DNA of 64,000 bases, from positions 11,923 to 75,922 of IMG/VR virus record IMGVR_UViG_3300050151_000071. One strand, 5' to 3'. How positions within the stretch are numbered: position 1 is the first letter of the stretch; every line of letters begins with the position of its first letter. The DNA comes from a virus. Its lineage: Duplodnaviria; Caudoviricetes. Made by a program: the position numbers and the translations under genes. The notes below the pieces were generated by a model. It was given only the letters and a program-made list of their open reading frames with translations. It was not told the DNA's origin and searched no databases. Of this stretch, positions 43,809-54,470 are shown piece by piece.

Positions 43809-44435
43809 TTACTGTTTTGTATGTAGATTAGCATTGGTCAAATGTGTTGTAGCTTCTCCCAATGTCTTAGAAACTTCACATAAGGCTCCATGAGCTTTTG
43901 CAATGTGTGCTTTATAAACTGGGTCATCCGATGAACTGTGTAGGTGCTCTAAAACTGAACGAGCATGTTCTACACTGTCGTGGGAATGTTGAATTGATTT
44001 ATTTGCAAACGTATGATGCAATTCAACAGAAGGTGTTATTAAACCTTTAACAAAAGCACCGATTGTAGATTCTTCCGTAATCGGTGCTAATTCATCAACT
44101 ACAACCGGCGCCGTAGGAACTGGTGCAACTGGAACCGGACTTGCGCTCTCAAGAACGGACACGACTTTGGCCCCATTCTCTGCAGCAATTCGCTGTAGCA
44201 TAGAACCAAACCCGTTTGTCTTAACTGGGCCAGCCGTACTAGCTGGGATTCGAGTTGAGATTGCTGCGTTTGTTCTTGATTCGTTAATAGCATTAGTAAC
44301 CTGTACAGGATCGCTAGATTGTGCTGAAGCTATAGCACTTAGAAATCCTGGGGCCATAGACGCACCGGAAGGTGCAGCTTGTGTTGGCTGCACCTTCGCT
44401 AAGATATCTTTAAAAGATGAGACTGTGTTTGACAT
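43809..44435 (-). CDS. Ala/Pro-rich putative prohead/internal protein
   Basis: Several (I/L)-X-E-S sites (INES, VLES, ITEES); His-rich C-terminus. Confidence 0.55.
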   Translation of the reverse strand: MSNTVSSFKDILAKVQPTQAAPSGASMAPGFLSAIASAQSSDPVQVTNAINESRTNAAISTRIPASTAGPVKTNGFGSMLQRIAAENGAKVVSVLESASPVPVAPVPTAPVVVDELAPITEESTIGAFVKGLITPSVELHHTFANKSIQHSHDSVEHARSVLEHLHSSSDDPVYKAHIAKAHGALCEVSKTLGEATTHLTNANLHTKQ

Positions 44436-44449
44436 TATGAAACTATCGC

Positions 44450-44992
44450 TTAGGCTACAGCAACGTTAGCTGATGCACCTGGTGCATCTCGTACGCCCGT
44501 CACCACAGCTGTCGTAAAGCTTAGAGTTGCTGCAACGGTTTCAGCATCAACGATACTACCACCAGCTAATGCAACTGATTGGTTACCAATTGAAAGCGTT
44601 TGTGTTACGGAAGGAACAGTGAACTTGAAGTTCAACTTGTTGGTACCTGAACCAGAGTTGTACGTTGCAACAGCGTTACCGCTAGCACCGTTACCTGTTA
44701 CAGCAAGAGTAGGACTTCCTGTTACGGTAACCTTTTCGTTAAATGCTACTGTAACGAAAGCGTTCGCATTTGCTTGCACATAAGATGCAGCTGTGTTAGC
44801 AAAGAAGACAGCTGTAATATTTGAGTTTGCAAGAGCAGCAGCTAAACCACCAATTGATACAAGCAATTCTTCTGTACCATCGTCTCTCTTTTGAACCCAA
44901 CCTAAAGATGTAGCAAACGTATTGGTCTTTTCAGGCCCGCTTAGATACTTTGGCTTAGATTCATCTGAAGTAGTTGTACCCCAAAGTGGCAT
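44450..44992 (-). CDS. Putative virion structural protein (MPLWG family) with Ig-like fold
   Basis: MPLWG...KPKYL...GWV...ELLV; VTVTGSPTL...YNSGSGTNKLNF; CTAAATA at 45029. Confidence 0.7.
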   Translation of the reverse strand: MPLWGTTTSDESKPKYLSGPEKTNTFATSLGWVQKRDDGTEELLVSIGGLAAALANSNITAVFFANTAASYVQANANAFVTVAFNEKVTVTGSPTLAVTGNGASGNAVATYNSGSGTNKLNFKFTVPSVTQTLSIGNQSVALAGGSIVDAETVAATLSFTTAVVTGVRDAPGASANVAVA

Positions 44993-45052
44993 ATATTGAT
45001 CTCCCAGATAGGATTGTTTTTCTAATCCTATTTAGTGTCAAAGTGATTGCCA

Positions 45053-45469
45053 TTACGTCTCAGTATGATTTTTATATGCTTGAACAGCGTCAGCATGTCT
45101 TTTAGAGATTTGAAGCAACCCATGTTGAGAGGTATGATCGTTCATTCGAGGATCTTTAGCTGCTTGCTGTATAGCGTGAGTTACCGCTTGTAGTGCCGCG
45201 CCAACTCCATGCATCGGATGAGGGGGTGGAGTGTCCTTATGTCGCTCGTGAGTTTCAATTGAATGATGAGCGGCAGCCTTGACTGTTTTAAACGGCTCAG
45301 GACTAACTCCAACTTGATTTTTCACATGGTAGTCGGTTCTGTACTTAACACCAAGCAAACTTCGAATTGGTTTAGAGATTGGTTCAATTACAGCTACAAC
45401 AACTTTTGTAGGCTTGTGAATAACATGAAAGTTATCGAACTGAGTTTTTTCTACTCTATAATTAGACAT
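45053..45469 (-). CDS. His-rich hypothetical protein
   Basis: 138-aa ORF in late operon. Confidence 0.6.
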   Translation of the reverse strand: MSNYRVEKTQFDNFHVIHKPTKVVVAVIEPISKPIRSLLGVKYRTDYHVKNQVGVSPEPFKTVKAAAHHSIETHERHKDTPPPHPMHGVGAALQAVTHAIQQAAKDPRMNDHTSQHGLLQISKRHADAVQAYKNHTET

Positions 45470-46328
45470 TACGGTTACGATACTCTACAATACTTTGTAA
45501 TACTTTGGTTTCGATAGTAGTTGATTCTGATACAAGAAGATTTTGCAAGGTCATGCTGTAGCGCAATTGCTCAAACACTTCTTGTGCTGGTAGGTTAGCT
45601 GGTAAGCCTTCTTTGAATGATTCAAAATTACCGTCTTGTGCATACTCACGCATCTTGGTAGCTGAGATGTTTTCAGATAGAACTTCCGATTTAGCGTTGC
45701 GTTCTAAGACTACAACCTCTGCATCTTCAAATACAAACTCTGAACCATTATACACTGAAAGCATTCTCAGGTAATCAGCTTCGTGCTCTTCACCTGTTAC
45801 GACAACAATGTTATCATAGTGTTCTGCAATGTGAGCAAACAGACTGATCGGATCTTTGATTGAAGCTTCATCGATCGTGTAGATCTTATCACCAAAAGCT
45901 TCTTCAACTAAAACCATACGTTCAGAAAGAGTTAATGGATTCTTTGCGTTCACCGTGTTTGATAAGCATAGTAGAGGTACGCCACCAACTTCTTCGGCAA
46001 TTGATGCTACTGCATCAACAAGAGCTTCGTGTCCAACTGTAGGGGGATTCATACGTCCCCATGCGACAACAGCCGTCTTAAGCTCTTCGTGTATGCCCTT
46101 CAAGCGTGGACGTACAACAATAAGAGCTGCCTTCTGTCCAGAGTGCGTCTTGCCCTTCTTTGGGCGTACAGCTTCTGGTGGAGTATTCAGAGTACTAGCG
46201 GGAGCCTTCGACTTCCGTTTAATGGGAGGCTTAGTGCCTGGCTTCTTAGGAGCAGCGTTTGTGGTACGCTGCTTAAGCGGATCCTTTTTCTTAGGCGCTT
46301 TGTTGACGATAGACTTTGCTGCAGGCAT
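45462..46328 (-). CDS. Cytidyltransferase-like (HxGH) protein with basic N-terminal tail
   Basis: WGRMNPPTVGH, VVTG, ISATKMR; CTAAATA at 46349. Confidence 0.8.
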   Translation of the reverse strand: MPAAKSIVNKAPKKKDPLKQRTTNAAPKKPGTKPPIKRKSKAPASTLNTPPEAVRPKKGKTHSGQKAALIVVRPRLKGIHEELKTAVVAWGRMNPPTVGHEALVDAVASIAEEVGGVPLLCLSNTVNAKNPLTLSERMVLVEEAFGDKIYTIDEASIKDPISLFAHIAEHYDNIVVVTGEEHEADYLRMLSVYNGSEFVFEDAEVVVLERNAKSEVLSENISATKMREYAQDGNFESFKEGLPANLPAQEVFEQLRYSMTLQNLLVSESTTIETKVLQSIVEYRNRNV

Positions 46329-46347
46329 GAGTGTTTCCCTTTTACAC

Positions 46348-47142
46348 TTATTTAGGAATTGTCCAGCCGCGTTTTACGTTTGGATCTTTATTTGCTTTGG
46401 TGAAGTGGTCTTTATCTACTAGTTTGACAAACAGAGGTCCACTCTGGATTACAAATCCTTCGTGCCCCGGAACCACCGTTCTGCTAGTGAACTCTGTTGC
46501 CTCGTAAGTGATAAAAGCTGAAACCCGATCCATTGCGATCTCGTTAAGAGCTTTGATCATATCAGCTTTCCACGCCATTACATCGTCCAATGATGCATTG
46601 TGTGTACCTCGAAGAAGGGGTAGAACTTTCTCTTCAATGTCCACGTTAGGTTGCCAAATCATAGAACAGGTATATGGAGCCGTTCCTTGAAGTTGCGTGT
46701 GGACAGCTAAGCCCATTACGAATGGAGTGTTGTGTCTTCTGTAGAAGTCCTTCAAGATATAAGATACGATGTTTGGTTGGAACGGTTTTGTTGCTGCCAT
46801 CACCCCATCGAACATAACATCTGCAAAATAGATGTTTCCGTGCTCAGGTGGGAAATATGAGATGACATTAAACAGCTTAACCATAATGTCAATCAATTGT
46901 TGATTGCGACCAGCTAAGGTTGTTTGGATATCTTCAACGCTGTAGAACAACTGAGGAGTCTTGTTGAAGTATCCCTTAGTAGCAACAAAGATACCATTAT
47001 CGTTATGGCCGAAGACAACAGCAGGGGATCCATCATATTTGATAGAGATCTTTGCTGTCCCTGACAGAATGTCTTCCATCAAAATTTGAATAGGTCGAAT
47101 GCCATGTTTGTGGTACAGGTCTTCTATGTGAACAATGCCCAT
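46348..47142 (-). CDS. DUF6267-like protein with ligase-type KxDG motif
   Basis: SIKYDGSPAVVFG, FVATK..FNK.P, HEGFV, VKLVD. Confidence 0.7.
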   Translation of the reverse strand: MGIVHIEDLYHKHGIRPIQILMEDILSGTAKISIKYDGSPAVVFGHNDNGIFVATKGYFNKTPQLFYSVEDIQTTLAGRNQQLIDIMVKLFNVISYFPPEHGNIYFADVMFDGVMAATKPFQPNIVSYILKDFYRRHNTPFVMGLAVHTQLQGTAPYTCSMIWQPNVDIEEKVLPLLRGTHNASLDDVMAWKADMIKALNEIAMDRVSAFITYEATEFTSRTVVPGHEGFVIQSGPLFVKLVDKDHFTKANKDPNVKRGWTIPK

Positions 47143-47795
47143 TAGATTTTCACCTTCATTCTAGGATTGGCTCTAGCGTCCGCTACCATTTCAGACTTAT
47201 GTGGATCGTTGTGTAAGTAGTCCAGAATAGCTGGAACCGTTTTAATGTCCATAGGACGAGCATCAGGACCTAATAGAGCTTTAGCCACACCAGCGGTATC
47301 AATAGCAACGACTGACAAATCTTCCCTGTCGATGAGCTTACCAGCAAATGGATCAAACTTCAACCCCTTATACTTCGCAATGGATGCGTACAGTATAAAG
47401 AGATCGGAACTAGAAAAAGAAGGATCGTTGTATGCATTCCCATGTTGATGAAACTGCGCCACCCTGTTAGCATCTTCTAATACAAAGATGTCGACTTGGA
47501 CCCACTCAGAACCATTAGGCATTAGTGCGTGGACTATCCGTCCGCTCTGTTTGCATTCTATTAGCTGATGTTCCAAAAGCTTTCTGATATATTGTCTTGC
47601 TAACTGTTCGTTATCGAACCGGTTAGCGTTTACAAAAACATCGATATCGTTTGCTGTAGCTTTATAATGGGAACTTCCAATTCCTGTTATAAGACGTATC
47701 CCCTCACTCGCTAAGATCTCTGCAAGTCGTTTCTCAACATCCATAACGTCCCTTATTTTAATGGGAGACGCTTGAGGAAACATATTACCGCTCAT
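47142..47795 (-). CDS. Pol-beta-like nucleotidyltransferase
   Basis: GIGSS...NDIDVFV, VQVDIF. Confidence 0.7.
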   Translation of the reverse strand: MSGNMFPQASPIKIRDVMDVEKRLAEILASEGIRLITGIGSSHYKATANDIDVFVNANRFDNEQLARQYIRKLLEHQLIECKQSGRIVHALMPNGSEWVQVDIFVLEDANRVAQFHQHGNAYNDPSFSSSDLFILYASIAKYKGLKFDPFAGKLIDREDLSVVAIDTAGVAKALLGPDARPMDIKTVPAILDYLHNDPHKSEMVADARANPRMKVKI

Positions 47796-47806
47796 AGCAG
47801 CACCTT

Positions 47807-47844
47807 AAAAAATCACCCGGATGCCCGTTAAGACATCCGGGTGA
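47807..47844 (-). terminator. Rho-independent terminator
   Basis: 11-bp TCACCCGGATG/CATCCGGGTGA stem followed by TTTTTT. Confidence 0.8.
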
Positions 47845-47878
47845 GGGCATAGCCTAAGTTTAATGGAGACAGCTGAAA

Positions 47879-48130
47879 TCAGCCGACTTTAATAGTATCT
47901 TCGATATCGTCCCTAAAATCAACAAGTTTCTTAAAGTGGTCAAGATTAGAAACAAAGAAGGACGGCATAAGGGTATTGAAGCCTCGTCCGTTATTAAGTC
48001 CATGCGCAATTGATTGAGCTCGGACGAATTCACTATAGCTCTTAACTATAGTATTGCTGGGTTCTTCTACTATGTTATACACAAGTTTATTGCCAGAGTC
48101 ATAATCGCGTTTAACATTATACTTGACCAT
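47879..48130 (-). CDS. Conserved T4-like small protein
   Basis: LNNGRGF...P.FF motif; downstream of gene 41. Confidence 0.65.
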   Translation of the reverse strand: MVKYNVKRDYDSGNKLVYNIVEEPSNTIVKSYSEFVRAQSIAHGLNNGRGFNTLMPSFFVSNLDHFKKLVDFRDDIEDTIKVG

Positions 48131-48132
48131 TA

Positions 48133-49512
48133 CTAACTAAAATCTCCAAACATATCAGCTTTTGCTGAGGTACTAGACACATTACGCTTACCAGGAACAG
48201 TTACCTCTTCCTTCGACTGTTGCGGTGGCTGGGCAGAGTCTTCCAGATCATACCAACGCATCTTTGGTTTATCGCAACCAATTAAGAAGCTCTTTCTATA
48301 GTTTAAGTCTCTATAGCGATTCTTCTGTTGCTTTACCTTCAGTTGACCCATCCGATCCAAGTCATCCGATCCAATGATTATGATGGCCAAGTCAGCAGTC
48401 ATGGGAACACCAAAACTGTCTGACACGTCACCCATATCAGGATCAGAGTCTTTGAAACCTTCACGGTTAAGTTGTGTTGCAGTCCATAGACCTGCGTCAG
48501 TTTCTTTTGCGAAACCACGCAGCTCTTCTGCAATCGCTTTGTTATATGTGTATAAGCTGTCAGCGTTCTTGAATCGATCGCTGGCGCAGATGTTCAAGTA
48601 ATCGACGAAGATTATATCTGGAACAAAATTCTCCTTGATCTTTAATTCATTGACAAGGAACCTAAAGTTTGCAACACTTGCACCCGAAGTTGGATATTCC
48701 TTAATGCGGAGTTTACCAACTGTTCGAGAACGAATATGTTCTACTTTGTTCAGATAAGCAGTTTTGGACATCTTTGGAATTTGATCCAAAGACTGTCCCA
48801 TCAAGTTGCCGTCGATACGGAGGCGGATTTTCTCTTCCGCTTCTTCCATCGTGATGTAGAGTACGTTATACCCCATTGTCATATAGCCAGCAGCTAAGTG
48901 ACACATACCCAAAGTCTTACCGGAGTGTGTACCTCCGATGATTAGGTTTAGAGTCTTTCTAGTGATACCACCACTTGTGATGTCATTTAGTACATCAATA
49001 TCGAATGGTATCTTGGTTTGAGGACTTGTGTAGTAGTCGTACTGATGTTCAGCATCCATGAAGTAGTCGTGACCCAATCGAGTGTCAAAACTAACTGATA
49101 GAGCCTCACGCATTATTTCAGGAATCGATGTCTTGGTTAGGTGTTTTTCATTACCTTTCATGATCTCGATCGACTTCATCATACTGTTGTGCAATGCACG
49201 TTCTTGACAGAACTGTTCAGTTTGATCTACAAGCCATTGGAGGTCCCCTCCAACTTCTACGTTGGAGAGGCCTTTTACTTCTTCGACAATCGATTCGTAT
49301 AGTTTCTCATTAATGTTCTGGAGTTTAGAAGATTCTATCTCCAGAACATCTAACGTGGCACACTTATTGTATTTTCTAAAGTATTCGTCTGCAATCAGAT
49401 AGATGGCTTGCTGAGCCTTATCTGCAAAATATTCCTTCCTTAGAAACGGTACTACTTTACGAGCGTATTCTTCGTTGCTCGTAATACTTTTCAATACTAG
49501 ATTGTCTAACAT
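48133..49512 (-). CDS. 41: Replicative DNA helicase (gp41)
   Basis: GGTHSGKT, YITMEE, IKEYPT, VDYLNIC, TATQLNR, SDSFG. Confidence 0.95.
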   Translation of the reverse strand: MLDNLVLKSITSNEEYARKVVPFLRKEYFADKAQQAIYLIADEYFRKYNKCATLDVLEIESSKLQNINEKLYESIVEEVKGLSNVEVGGDLQWLVDQTEQFCQERALHNSMMKSIEIMKGNEKHLTKTSIPEIMREALSVSFDTRLGHDYFMDAEHQYDYYTSPQTKIPFDIDVLNDITSGGITRKTLNLIIGGTHSGKTLGMCHLAAGYMTMGYNVLYITMEEAEEKIRLRIDGNLMGQSLDQIPKMSKTAYLNKVEHIRSRTVGKLRIKEYPTSGASVANFRFLVNELKIKENFVPDIIFVDYLNICASDRFKNADSLYTYNKAIAEELRGFAKETDAGLWTATQLNREGFKDSDPDMGDVSDSFGVPMTADLAIIIIGSDDLDRMGQLKVKQQKNRYRDLNYRKSFLIGCDKPKMRWYDLEDSAQPPQQSKEEVTVPGKRNVSSTSAKADMFGDFS

Positions 49513-49518
49513 CTATTA

Positions 49519-50589
49519 CTATTCGTCGTCTTCAACCTCTGTATCAAGTGACAGAGATGTGGGTGATAACTTAAACTTCTTCTCAACGAATGCTTTGAAT
49601 CCTGGGCGCTTCAAAATTACTCCCAAGAAGTCTTCGTTTTCCGTTCCTGATTCCTTCACTGGCTTATCGATTAGAATCTCACCGGTATCTGGATCTACTA
49701 GATCGTAGTAACCCTTCTTTGGATTCGTTGCATCTCCTGATTCGAGGGCAAGATCTAAGATTGATGACCACTTGTTCACGCCCGTCTCGAACGATACGTT
49801 GAAGGACAACTTTTCCTTTTCACGGACGAAGCGAGACTTCTCGATGTTGATCGTGAAGTTGAATCCGTGTAGGACCTTTGTAGCACCTTGTCCAGTCGCA
49901 TCCTGAGCCTTCGTGATAATGAAGATCTGGTTTGCAAAGTACACAGGAGCACTACCACCACCAACAACATTCTTAGAGAACATTTCCATGGTCTTGTAGA
50001 TGTGGTTGATTGCAATACACGGAATATTCTTCGTGGTTAATTGTGGAGTTATAATACGCAAGAAGCTACGAAGAGCTTTTGCGCGAGTCATATCAGCAAC
50101 AGACTTTTCGTCTAGTGCATCTTCCACTTCCTTCTTGGAACCAAGGCCCAATGAGTCAATCATGATGAATACTTTGTCACCACGCTCGATATCATTCAAA
50201 CGTTGGACCATATCAAACTTCAATTGTTCAATGTGTTCGATTGGAATGTGCAGTACACGTGAAGTATCAATATTGTAAGCCATTAGATACTCAGGAGTGA
50301 TACCAAACTCCGAGTCATATACGATAGCAATAGCTTCTGGATATTTGTTGAGATAAGCTCTCATACAATAAAGACCAAGCAATGTCTTGAACGACTTCGA
50401 TTCCCCAGCAAATAGTGTTAGTCCAGGGACTAAACCACCATCTAGTGATCCGGAGAATGCGAGGTTAAGAATTGGAAGGTCTGTTTGAATTACGTCTTTG
50501 TTATTAAAGAATGCTGATTCGGACAGCACAGACGCGAAGGCCGAAGATGCTCCACTCTTGAGCATCTTAGCCATTAGGCTACTAGTCAT
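49519..50589 (-). CDS. uvsX: RecA-like recombinase UvsX
   Basis: LNLAFSGSLDGG, GESKSFKT, YDSEFG, IDSLG, ADMTRAK. Confidence 0.95.
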   Translation of the reverse strand: MTSSLMAKMLKSGASSAFASVLSESAFFNNKDVIQTDLPILNLAFSGSLDGGLVPGLTLFAGESKSFKTLLGLYCMRAYLNKYPEAIAIVYDSEFGITPEYLMAYNIDTSRVLHIPIEHIEQLKFDMVQRLNDIERGDKVFIMIDSLGLGSKKEVEDALDEKSVADMTRAKALRSFLRIITPQLTTKNIPCIAINHIYKTMEMFSKNVVGGGSAPVYFANQIFIITKAQDATGQGATKVLHGFNFTINIEKSRFVREKEKLSFNVSFETGVNKWSSILDLALESGDATNPKKGYYDLVDPDTGEILIDKPVKESGTENEDFLGVILKRPGFKAFVEKKFKLSPTSLSLDTEVEDDE

Positions 50590-50651
50590 ATGTTTTCTTT
50601 CTATATCTGGATTGATTGTTTTAAAGTGGGGAATTACCCCACTGCACATAT

Positions 50652-51596
50652 TTATTCGTCAGAGGTGCTTGCTAACTCAATCAAGCTGACATTATTTGCA
50701 TCAGGTTGAGCTTTACGAATAGCTCTTACGTTAGAGAGCCATTGTGCTTCTGTCTCCTCTGGAATTACTTCCTCCGGAACGTCAGCCACTTCTTCCGCTA
50801 TGTTTTCTTCTAAAATAGGTTCTGGTATAATAGGTTGAATATCTGGTAAAGGAGCCAGCTTAGCTGGTCTCTTTCGTTCTATTTCAAATCCCGATTGTGC
50901 TGCAATTAGCAGCGAGATTGCTAGTGGATCAAATACAACCACTAGCAAAATTATCATCCAGCGAACAGCTTTATCATACGATGCAGCGTCAGCTTGGGTT
51001 CCATATATTAGTTCTGCAACATACTTGATAGGCCCGATTTCAGCTTCAGCGCCTGCCACGTTTGTTCGTAGTTTGTCTCGGGCAGCCGCTGCTGTATCAC
51101 GCTCACTATACAGTCCAGCTCGACGCTCACTGATCTGAGCTCTTTCATTGCGCTGTCTGTTTCTGACAGCGGAAGCTCGTTCCGGATCTGCTCCAGTAAC
51201 GAGAACATCAAGAGAAGTTGTTTGTGCATCGAGTCTGCTAAGTTCTGATTCGATGCGTTTAATAGTTTCATCATACTGCTTTACTTGTTGAATGGCAACA
51301 GTTGTTCCGCTTGTGTTTTGCAAATGAGCTTTGGATAAGAAACCAAACGTTCCCATTGAGGTAATTGCCATTAACAAAACTACCGCTGTACACAGGTACA
51401 CTTTAAGTGCTTTGTTAGCAAGATGCCAATATTTGTGTAACCAAGCTGCTGCTGCAACCTTACCAGCTTCTAACACAGCTCCCATAATAATGACAGCTAT
51501 TGTGGCTCCAGTAAAAATAGCAGCAAGACCAGTTACCGAATAGAATGCAGCAACAACCGATATCAAAAGCGCTACAGCCAGAATTACCCTGTTCAT
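50652..51596 (-). CDS. Membrane protein with periplasmic coiled coil
   Basis: Three N-terminal TM segments, EIGPIKY, VFDPLA TM; conserved in T4-like phages. Confidence 0.75.
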   Translation of the reverse strand: MNRVILAVALLISVVAAFYSVTGLAAIFTGATIAVIIMGAVLEAGKVAAAAWLHKYWHLANKALKVYLCTAVVLLMAITSMGTFGFLSKAHLQNTSGTTVAIQQVKQYDETIKRIESELSRLDAQTTSLDVLVTGADPERASAVRNRQRNERAQISERRAGLYSERDTAAAARDKLRTNVAGAEAEIGPIKYVAELIYGTQADAASYDKAVRWMIILLVVVFDPLAISLLIAAQSGFEIERKRPAKLAPLPDIQPIIPEPILEENIAEEVADVPEEVIPEETEAQWLSNVRAIRKAQPDANNVSLIELASTSDE

Positions 51597-51877
51597 TACA
51601 CTAAATCATCTTCTGATGGTGTCAGGTCAATCACTTCAAACATTTTCGTTATGAACTTGTTAATTGCTTCGCCGCGATTTGGCCACTTAATATATTCGCG
51701 CTCCGGATCCTTTGCTAGATTATGCAACAACGGAAGGATCATGTCCTTTAGTTTCATTGCACGTTCTAACCACTCAACAGTGTTTTGGTCACCAATTAAA
51801 GCAATCTCTTTAGTGATATCATCTTCCGAATGGAAGCTGAACCCAAAGTCTCCGTATTCTGTTTGTACTTTAGTCAA
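51596..51877 (-). CDS. Conserved T4-like hypothetical protein
   Basis: DFGF...PLL.NL...YIKWPNR. Confidence 0.75.
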   Translation of the reverse strand: MTKVQTEYGDFGFSFHSEDDITKEIALIGDQNTVEWLERAMKLKDMILPLLHNLAKDPEREYIKWPNRGEAINKFITKMFEVIDLTPSEDDLV

Positions 51878-54470
51878 AGAACAAGTCCTCCAAGGTTGGT
51901 ACTTTCTCTACAGCCCATCCGATAGCAGTTGCAATTGCCTTAATAGGTTCAACTACTGCCTTGTCAAATTGCAAGCGATAGTTGATGAATCGTTGTAGAT
52001 CCAACTCCTTAGGAATCTCTCCTGTAGTTGAGACTATGTTTTCGTGTACAGGATTAGGCACAATCAAGTGACAGAACTTAATCTTATCACCGTCTTCGAT
52101 AAGTTTGATTTCGTTCTGTAGTCCCTTCGACTTAACCAAATGGTTAAACACTAAGGATCCACGCACGTGGATTGGACAACCCTTCTGATAGATCGAAGCG
52201 TGGTCGGTATATTTAACCAGATTGTTGCAGCTCCGTGGAAATGCAATCTCTTCAAATGGTAGTGTTGCAAACTCTTTGCGCTTTGTTTCCATAAACTCAA
52301 TGAAGTCACCTTCATTCTTGTTCATGATTACTTTAAGTGCTTCTTTAATGTACTCACGAGCAGCACGAGGAGTTGAAGACTTTACAGCTTCAATACCTTG
52401 CATCTTTAGCTTTGGTTCAGAATATCTGAAGCCTTCCAAGTCCCACACATTAAGGATGTAGCGTTTCTTTGCTGTCCAGATACCTTTCTCAGCAATGCTT
52501 TCACGCTTCATCTCAAGTACAGAAGCTCTGTGGTTGAACTTCTCTTTGAGTTCATCAAACGCTTTGTTGATTACTGGCTGGATCTTCTCTTCACAGAATC
52601 TATCAAGTAGTCCGACAATCTCTTGTGGAGTTTTATCGATCCAGTATTTGTTGACGATCTTTTCCAAGGAGATGTACGCAGAGTCTGTGTCACAATAGAT
52701 AACGAACTTGTCGTCTTCAGATCCGAGGACTTTGTTGAGATAGATGTTGAGGGCTCGTTCTACCCAACGAATAGTTAGCTGTCCAGTCTTGGTTACAGAT
52801 TCAGACAGCTTCGGATCAAACCAACGATAGTGTTCATTTGACAACGCTCCATACGCTGAGTTGAGCATGATCTTAAAGGAGTATTGGAACATATCATATG
52901 TGGAAATGTCCCGCTCTAGTTGTTGGCCTTCTTCTGAAGTCTTATCAGCCAGAGCCTCAAGTTGCTTCTTCGCCTTCTTCAAAAGACCCTTATACTTGGT
53001 GCGCTCGTTGTAGTAATAGCTCATCAAGTATGGATAGAAGCCTTCAAGGTCATTATCGAAGATACAACCTGTAGCACAGAGGCCAGCATTGTTGTCAACC
53101 AGCTTCTTAAAGAAATCACTATTGAAGTGGGGTGTGCCGTTAGGTAATGGCACATCTTTAGAATATGGATGAGCTCCGTTGTACAACATACTGTCGACTG
53201 TAACACTTGGTACAGTTGTTACAAACGTTTCAGGACTAATGTTACACTGGCGAATCAATGATGGATACAGTGAGTTAACGTCGAATGATACTACCCACTT
53301 GCTAAGTCCAACAACTGGATCCTTAACATAAGCACCCTCAATACCACCGTATGCTCCTCCCGATCGTTTAGCTTGAGGAATTACAATCCCTTGCTTCATG
53401 AGATAACCGTGAATTGTAACGTCCCACAATCGCACAGTCGTTAGTGTGTCTGCGTAGTTGATTCCTGAGTTGTAAGCCATCGTGATCACTAGAGCGATTA
53501 GCTTTAGCTTACCTTCTAGCTTTTCAACAACACCAGTATCGTCAACGTTGTAGTGGATGTATAGGGAATAGTTTCGAACATAAAGGTCGTGTAGATTCTT
53601 GTACCCTAACGAATGATAGTCGAACTTTTGTATTTCGACTTCTTCGAACTTAGAGATGTAATCTAGAGTGAACGACTCTCGTGAGCCAGGTGAGAACTTC
53701 TTATACAGTTCCATATAGTCGAGGATCGTAACCCCAACTAGTGTTGCAAAGTTTTGCTTGCGCTTGAAGATCTCAATCTCGCGCCACAGAATCTTTCCCC
53801 AAGGAGACATACGCAATGCGTCTTTGTCACTTAAGAGGAATGTGATGCGGTTGATGAGGTACGGAATATCGAATCCGTTTACGTTCCAACCAGTAATAAC
53901 GTCGAAGTCAAATGCTTGCCATGCAGTCAAGAATCTCTTAAGGAGATCAATCTCATCTCGACACTTAACGTACTTGACGTTATCATTGGGTTTAACGCCT
54001 AGCTTAATGAGTTCTCTGGGATCGTATTCTTTACATCCCCAAACATATGGAATATCTTTAAAGCGAACGGTAATAGCCGTAACTTCTTGAGAGGCTTCAT
54101 CGGGGCGAGGGAAGCCGGAGTCAGACCGGACTTCGATATCGAGGTTGCCAACTCGGATCAGCGATGGATCGTGTTTGATGTTGAAGCCATACGTATCATA
54201 GATGTACGGATATATCCAGTTAGTCATACCGTAGTACGCAAACTCTGGAACATCTTCGTATTGCGCAACCCAATCACGAGCGTCTTTGATTGAGCCGAAG
54301 TCAATCTTGCTGACTGGTTCTTTCTTGAGAGTTTTATAAGGGGAAGGTTTGTCGCTCTTAATAAACAGATAGGGTTTATAAGGGATCTTATTGCTTACGC
54401 GCTTACCATTTTCATAGCCACGTAGCAGGATATTGTTGCCCTGTGTGGCAACGTTCGAATAAAAAAACAT
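51870..54470 (-). CDS. 43: DNA polymerase family B (gp43)
   Basis: DIEV exonuclease motif, FDVNSLYPS, KIMLNSAYG, YCDTDS, KKRY; uninterrupted. Confidence 0.97.
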   Translation of the reverse strand: MFFYSNVATQGNNILLRGYENGKRVSNKIPYKPYLFIKSDKPSPYKTLKKEPVSKIDFGSIKDARDWVAQYEDVPEFAYYGMTNWIYPYIYDTYGFNIKHDPSLIRVGNLDIEVRSDSGFPRPDEASQEVTAITVRFKDIPYVWGCKEYDPRELIKLGVKPNDNVKYVKCRDEIDLLKRFLTAWQAFDFDVITGWNVNGFDIPYLINRITFLLSDKDALRMSPWGKILWREIEIFKRKQNFATLVGVTILDYMELYKKFSPGSRESFTLDYISKFEEVEIQKFDYHSLGYKNLHDLYVRNYSLYIHYNVDDTGVVEKLEGKLKLIALVITMAYNSGINYADTLTTVRLWDVTIHGYLMKQGIVIPQAKRSGGAYGGIEGAYVKDPVVGLSKWVVSFDVNSLYPSLIRQCNISPETFVTTVPSVTVDSMLYNGAHPYSKDVPLPNGTPHFNSDFFKKLVDNNAGLCATGCIFDNDLEGFYPYLMSYYYNERTKYKGLLKKAKKQLEALADKTSEEGQQLERDISTYDMFQYSFKIMLNSAYGALSNEHYRWFDPKLSESVTKTGQLTIRWVERALNIYLNKVLGSEDDKFVIYCDTDSAYISLEKIVNKYWIDKTPQEIVGLLDRFCEEKIQPVINKAFDELKEKFNHRASVLEMKRESIAEKGIWTAKKRYILNVWDLEGFRYSEPKLKMQGIEAVKSSTPRAAREYIKEALKVIMNKNEGDFIEFMETKRKEFATLPFEEIAFPRSCNNLVKYTDHASIYQKGCPIHVRGSLVFNHLVKSKGLQNEIKLIEDGDKIKFCHLIVPNPVHENIVSTTGEIPKELDLQRFINYRLQFDKAVVEPIKAIATAIGWAVEKVPTLEDLFFD

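Noticed and set aside
36836-54470. Inteins or introns in nrdA, nrdB, td, 41, uvsX or 43
   Set aside because: All have normal lengths and continuous motifs
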